A DNA stretch of 64,000 nt from Pseudovirgaria hyperparasitica (Eukaryota), in NCBI GenBank assembly GCA_010093815.1, contig ML996573.1; one strand, written 5' to 3'. The translations under genes and the position numbers were made by a program. This document shows positions 61,484-64,000 of this stretch, piece by piece. Under the pieces are notes generated by a model, which saw nothing but the letters and a program-made list of their open reading frames with translations, did not search any database and was not told the DNA's origin. Numbering within the stretch: the stretch's first letter is position 1; each line of letters starts with the position of its first letter.

Positions 61484-64000
61484 ATGTTTCCAGCTCGCCG
61501 CCGTCCGAACGGTGGCCCAGGAGGTCTTGGCTCTCAAGGGCGCTTCCCAATTGGAACTCCTACCAGCAGCTCTCCTTTCACCCACTTCAGACTCGTTACT
61601 CAAGACGACAATTACCCTGACAACGAAGACGATGCTGAGTCGGGTATACCAGTGTTTAGATCTCCTTCCTATCAAGTATTAGCAGGCATTGCCGACAGTG
61701 CAGACACACAACGCGACATGGCCAGCAATCATACCTCTCCTGCCGCAAACCAGACATTCGCAGATATGGCACGCTCCGCTGCAAGGGCAAAGAACAGAGA
61801 GATGAAGCAAACCGAGACACCTCTGCAGACTGAAGCAGGTCACTCCACCTCGGGCTTCATCAAGCTTAAATCCAAACGCGGTCGCAGCCAATCCAAGAAT
61901 TGGGTACCTCTTGCTCTTGATGACTACACCACGGGTGATGATAATGATCCCTTCTTTGCCGGCCTCAAGCGTGATGCAGCGTTTCCCGACAGCAGTGGAG
62001 GCTCGTCATCTGTTTCGTCTCATCAGGCGCCTGTCACCAACGACAGTGAGCCTACCTTCACTTCAACCTCCAACCTCAACCATCCTCCTGCACAAAACCC
62101 ACCCGTTGATAGCCCACAAATGTCACTCTCCGCCATGTCTGAGCCGTTCATCTCAGCTCGACCAACTCCACAGATGCAACCTGCTGCAGATGACGAGATC
62201 ACCAGAGTCTTCGGTGAGCGACTTCCTGACTTGATCTTCTTGTCTCAATGGGAGGGTACAGTTCACGGCGAGATCAAATTCATCCAGCATCCCAACCGTG
62301 ACGTATCCGCACACCAGTGGGACATTATCGCGTATCAGTGGGTTAGTATCGGTCAGTTTTCCGCCAACAGGAAAAAGATTGAAGGTCAGTTGAAGGATGA
62401 GAGATTGAGAGGTCAGACTGTCAGCTCAAGCATCCCGCCGAATACACTCGCCTATTTCAGAGCTGTCGCGAAGCAACGTGAGGCTGCTGCGTCCAATCCA
62501 TCACCTCGGAACAATGACAATGCCAATGCCTCAGCTATCTCCCAGACTCAGCGTGTCAACACTGCCATACCTCAACGCCCCAAGCTCCAAGCAGTGGCTG
62601 GTATGAATAGCATGGACCAATTCGGTTCCTTGTCAACAGTCTCTGGCTCTGCCGTGAATCTTCCAACACGCTCTAGCTTGGCCACTGGCAGGAGCCTTCC
62701 ATATCGAGATTTAGCAACCTCCGAGGCACCCTCTATCGCTTCGCTCATGTCAGCTTCTACCCTTACTGCTAGAGATAATGGAACTCACGGTATGTCTGAT
62801 GATCCTTTCATGTCCGACCGAGACAGAACTTCTAGCTGGGGCAGCACTTACCTTCACACTCAAGAATCTGAGCGTCCAGGAACAATGGATCGCGACTACC
62901 AATTCCCGATTCCTCAGAACCATCCACAAGACCGTTCTTACAATCCTCTCAACCACCGCACCCAGGAACAGCCGCTTACCTTCGGTACCCAGACCTATGG
63001 AGACAACCGTGATGGTTTCGGAAACGTTCCAGGTACTCAAGTGGCATTGTGGGATGAGATACGCAGAAATGGTCAGAGGAACAACGCGGGCCAGCATGAC
63101 ACAACGCAGATCAGATCCCTGGCATCTGGAACTGGACTGGACAAGGAGTCGGTCAGAAGACTTTTCCAGTCGTATGATATAGAAGATGAAGCTGTAGACA
63201 TGAGCGCAGCATATCGCGGTCGACCTGTCACCACGATGCAACAAGCACTAGCGGATGCTTCATCGGAATATCAACCGCAGACCAGAGCAGCAATCCCCCA
63301 GATTCCTCGCGCGCTTCAACCTCCCCCTGGCCTGAACGTTGGTCGCTCTCGACTTGCGCCGTATCCAACTCTGCAAGGCGACCCTGATCCCTTCCAGAAC
63401 AGGAAGGAGGAAATTATCAATGGTCAGCCAGATGAGCCACCAAATCCCCAGGTTCTCAATACAATGTCTATGGGAGGCTGCCGCGACTGTGCAGGGCCCT
63501 TTCCAACTCCTCACGCAGAGCACGCAAACAAGAATGAAGAGTGGTGGGGATCTGGACGAGTCGATCAGAACGATGACTTCGTGCTACCATCTCTTGCAAA
63601 TGCTCGTGCTCGCGATCCCGCCCAAGCTGAACAATACGACTATATTGGTACACAGGGAATGCTACGACTCTTCGAGAATCTCGCAGAATATGCCAAAGAA
63701 ACTGATACTGGTGAAAGGTCTTACTTCACACGTAATTGGAGGGTACCGGAGCCTCGTCATATGGACACGAGTGAGGAAGGTAGGAAGAGCTATTTTGCCA
63801 CGGACCTTGCACTGCGGGCGAAACGCATTCGGGAGCAGCAGAGAGTGGTAGAGCTGAGAATGCGCGACGAGCAGATTCGAGCCGGTGTAGGGCCTCCTTC
63901 CCAGAGTCGTTCCACGGAGACGGAAAATCAAGCTCGACCTAATGTAGCCTCTTCTTCCCAGGGTCGTTTCACGGATACGGAGAATGAGTACTTTAAGATG
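61484..64000 (+). CDS. Large hypothetical protein, 3'-partial; true start may lie in an upstream exon
   Basis: Frame from ATG 61484 appears open to the window end (spot-checked; its absence from the ORF track fits having no stop). Contains GTVHGEIKFIQHPNRDVSAHQWDIIAYQWVSIGQF and LFENLAEY..YFTRNW. Confidence 0.75.
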   Translation, partial: MFPARRRPNGGPGGLGSQGRFPIGTPTSSSPFTHFRLVTQDDNYPDNEDDAESGIPVFRSPSYQVLAGIADSADTQRDMASNHTSPAANQTFADMARSAARAKNREMKQTETPLQTEAGHSTSGFIKLKSKRGRSQSKNWVPLALDDYTTGDDNDPFFAGLKRDAAFPDSSGGSSSVSSHQAPVTNDSEPTFTSTSNLNHPPAQNPPVDSPQMSLSAMSEPFISARPTPQMQPAADDEITRVFGERLPDLIFLSQWEGTVHGEIKFIQHPNRDVSAHQWDIIAYQWVSIGQFSANRKKIEGQLKDERLRGQTVSSSIPPNTLAYFRAVAKQREAAASNPSPRNNDNANASAISQTQRVNTAIPQRPKLQAVAGMNSMDQFGSLSTVSGSAVNLPTRSSLATGRSLPYRDLATSEAPSIASLMSASTLTARDNGTHGMSDDPFMSDRDRTSSWGSTYLHTQESERPGTMDRDYQFPIPQNHPQDRSYNPLNHRTQEQPLTFGTQTYGDNRDGFGNVPGTQVALWDEIRRNGQRNNAGQHDTTQIRSLASGTGLDKESVRRLFQSYDIEDEAVDMSAAYRGRPVTTMQQALADASSEYQPQTRAAIPQIPRALQPPPGLNVGRSRLAPYPTLQGDPDPFQNRKEEIINGQPDEPPNPQVLNTMSMGGCRDCAGPFPTPHAEHANKNEEWWGSGRVDQNDDFVLPSLANARARDPAQAEQYDYIGTQGMLRLFENLAEYAKETDTGERSYFTRNWRVPEPRHMDTSEEGRKSYFATDLALRAKRIREQQRVVELRMRDEQIRAGVGPPSQSRSTETENQARPNVASSSQGRFTDTENEYFKM

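Overview
Eukaryotic DNA from a filamentous ascomycete (Pezizomycotina), judged from 44-75 nt GT..AG introns with CTRAC-type branch points and fungal gene families. The left two-thirds is mostly housekeeping: ATG29, an apolipophorin-like coiled-coil protein, a phiA-like wall protein, an Mx-like dynamin GTPase, a GPI protein, a double Zn2Cys6 factor, a SET methyltransferase, COQ4, PDCD5 and SEC2, with two long gene-free tracts enriched in TACCCGG. At 35-43 kb is a compact amidase / Zn-cluster-like regulator / TauD-family dioxygenase cluster whose two enzyme genes share a 12-bp promoter motif at nearly the same distance from their ATGs. The 43-60.5 kb segment looks accessory: a protein with four Zn2Cys6-like clusters, a secreted lactonase, a divergent N-terminally short VPS54 copy, and two free-standing His-Cys-box (I-PpoI-like) endonuclease genes flanking an orphan gene. 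Best leads: the nuclease pair, the co-regulated amidase-TauD cluster, and a candidate CUG start for SEC2. I recognised no rRNA, tRNA, CRISPR array or transposase. Exon models were derived by hand and family assignments come from motif recognition, not database searches.
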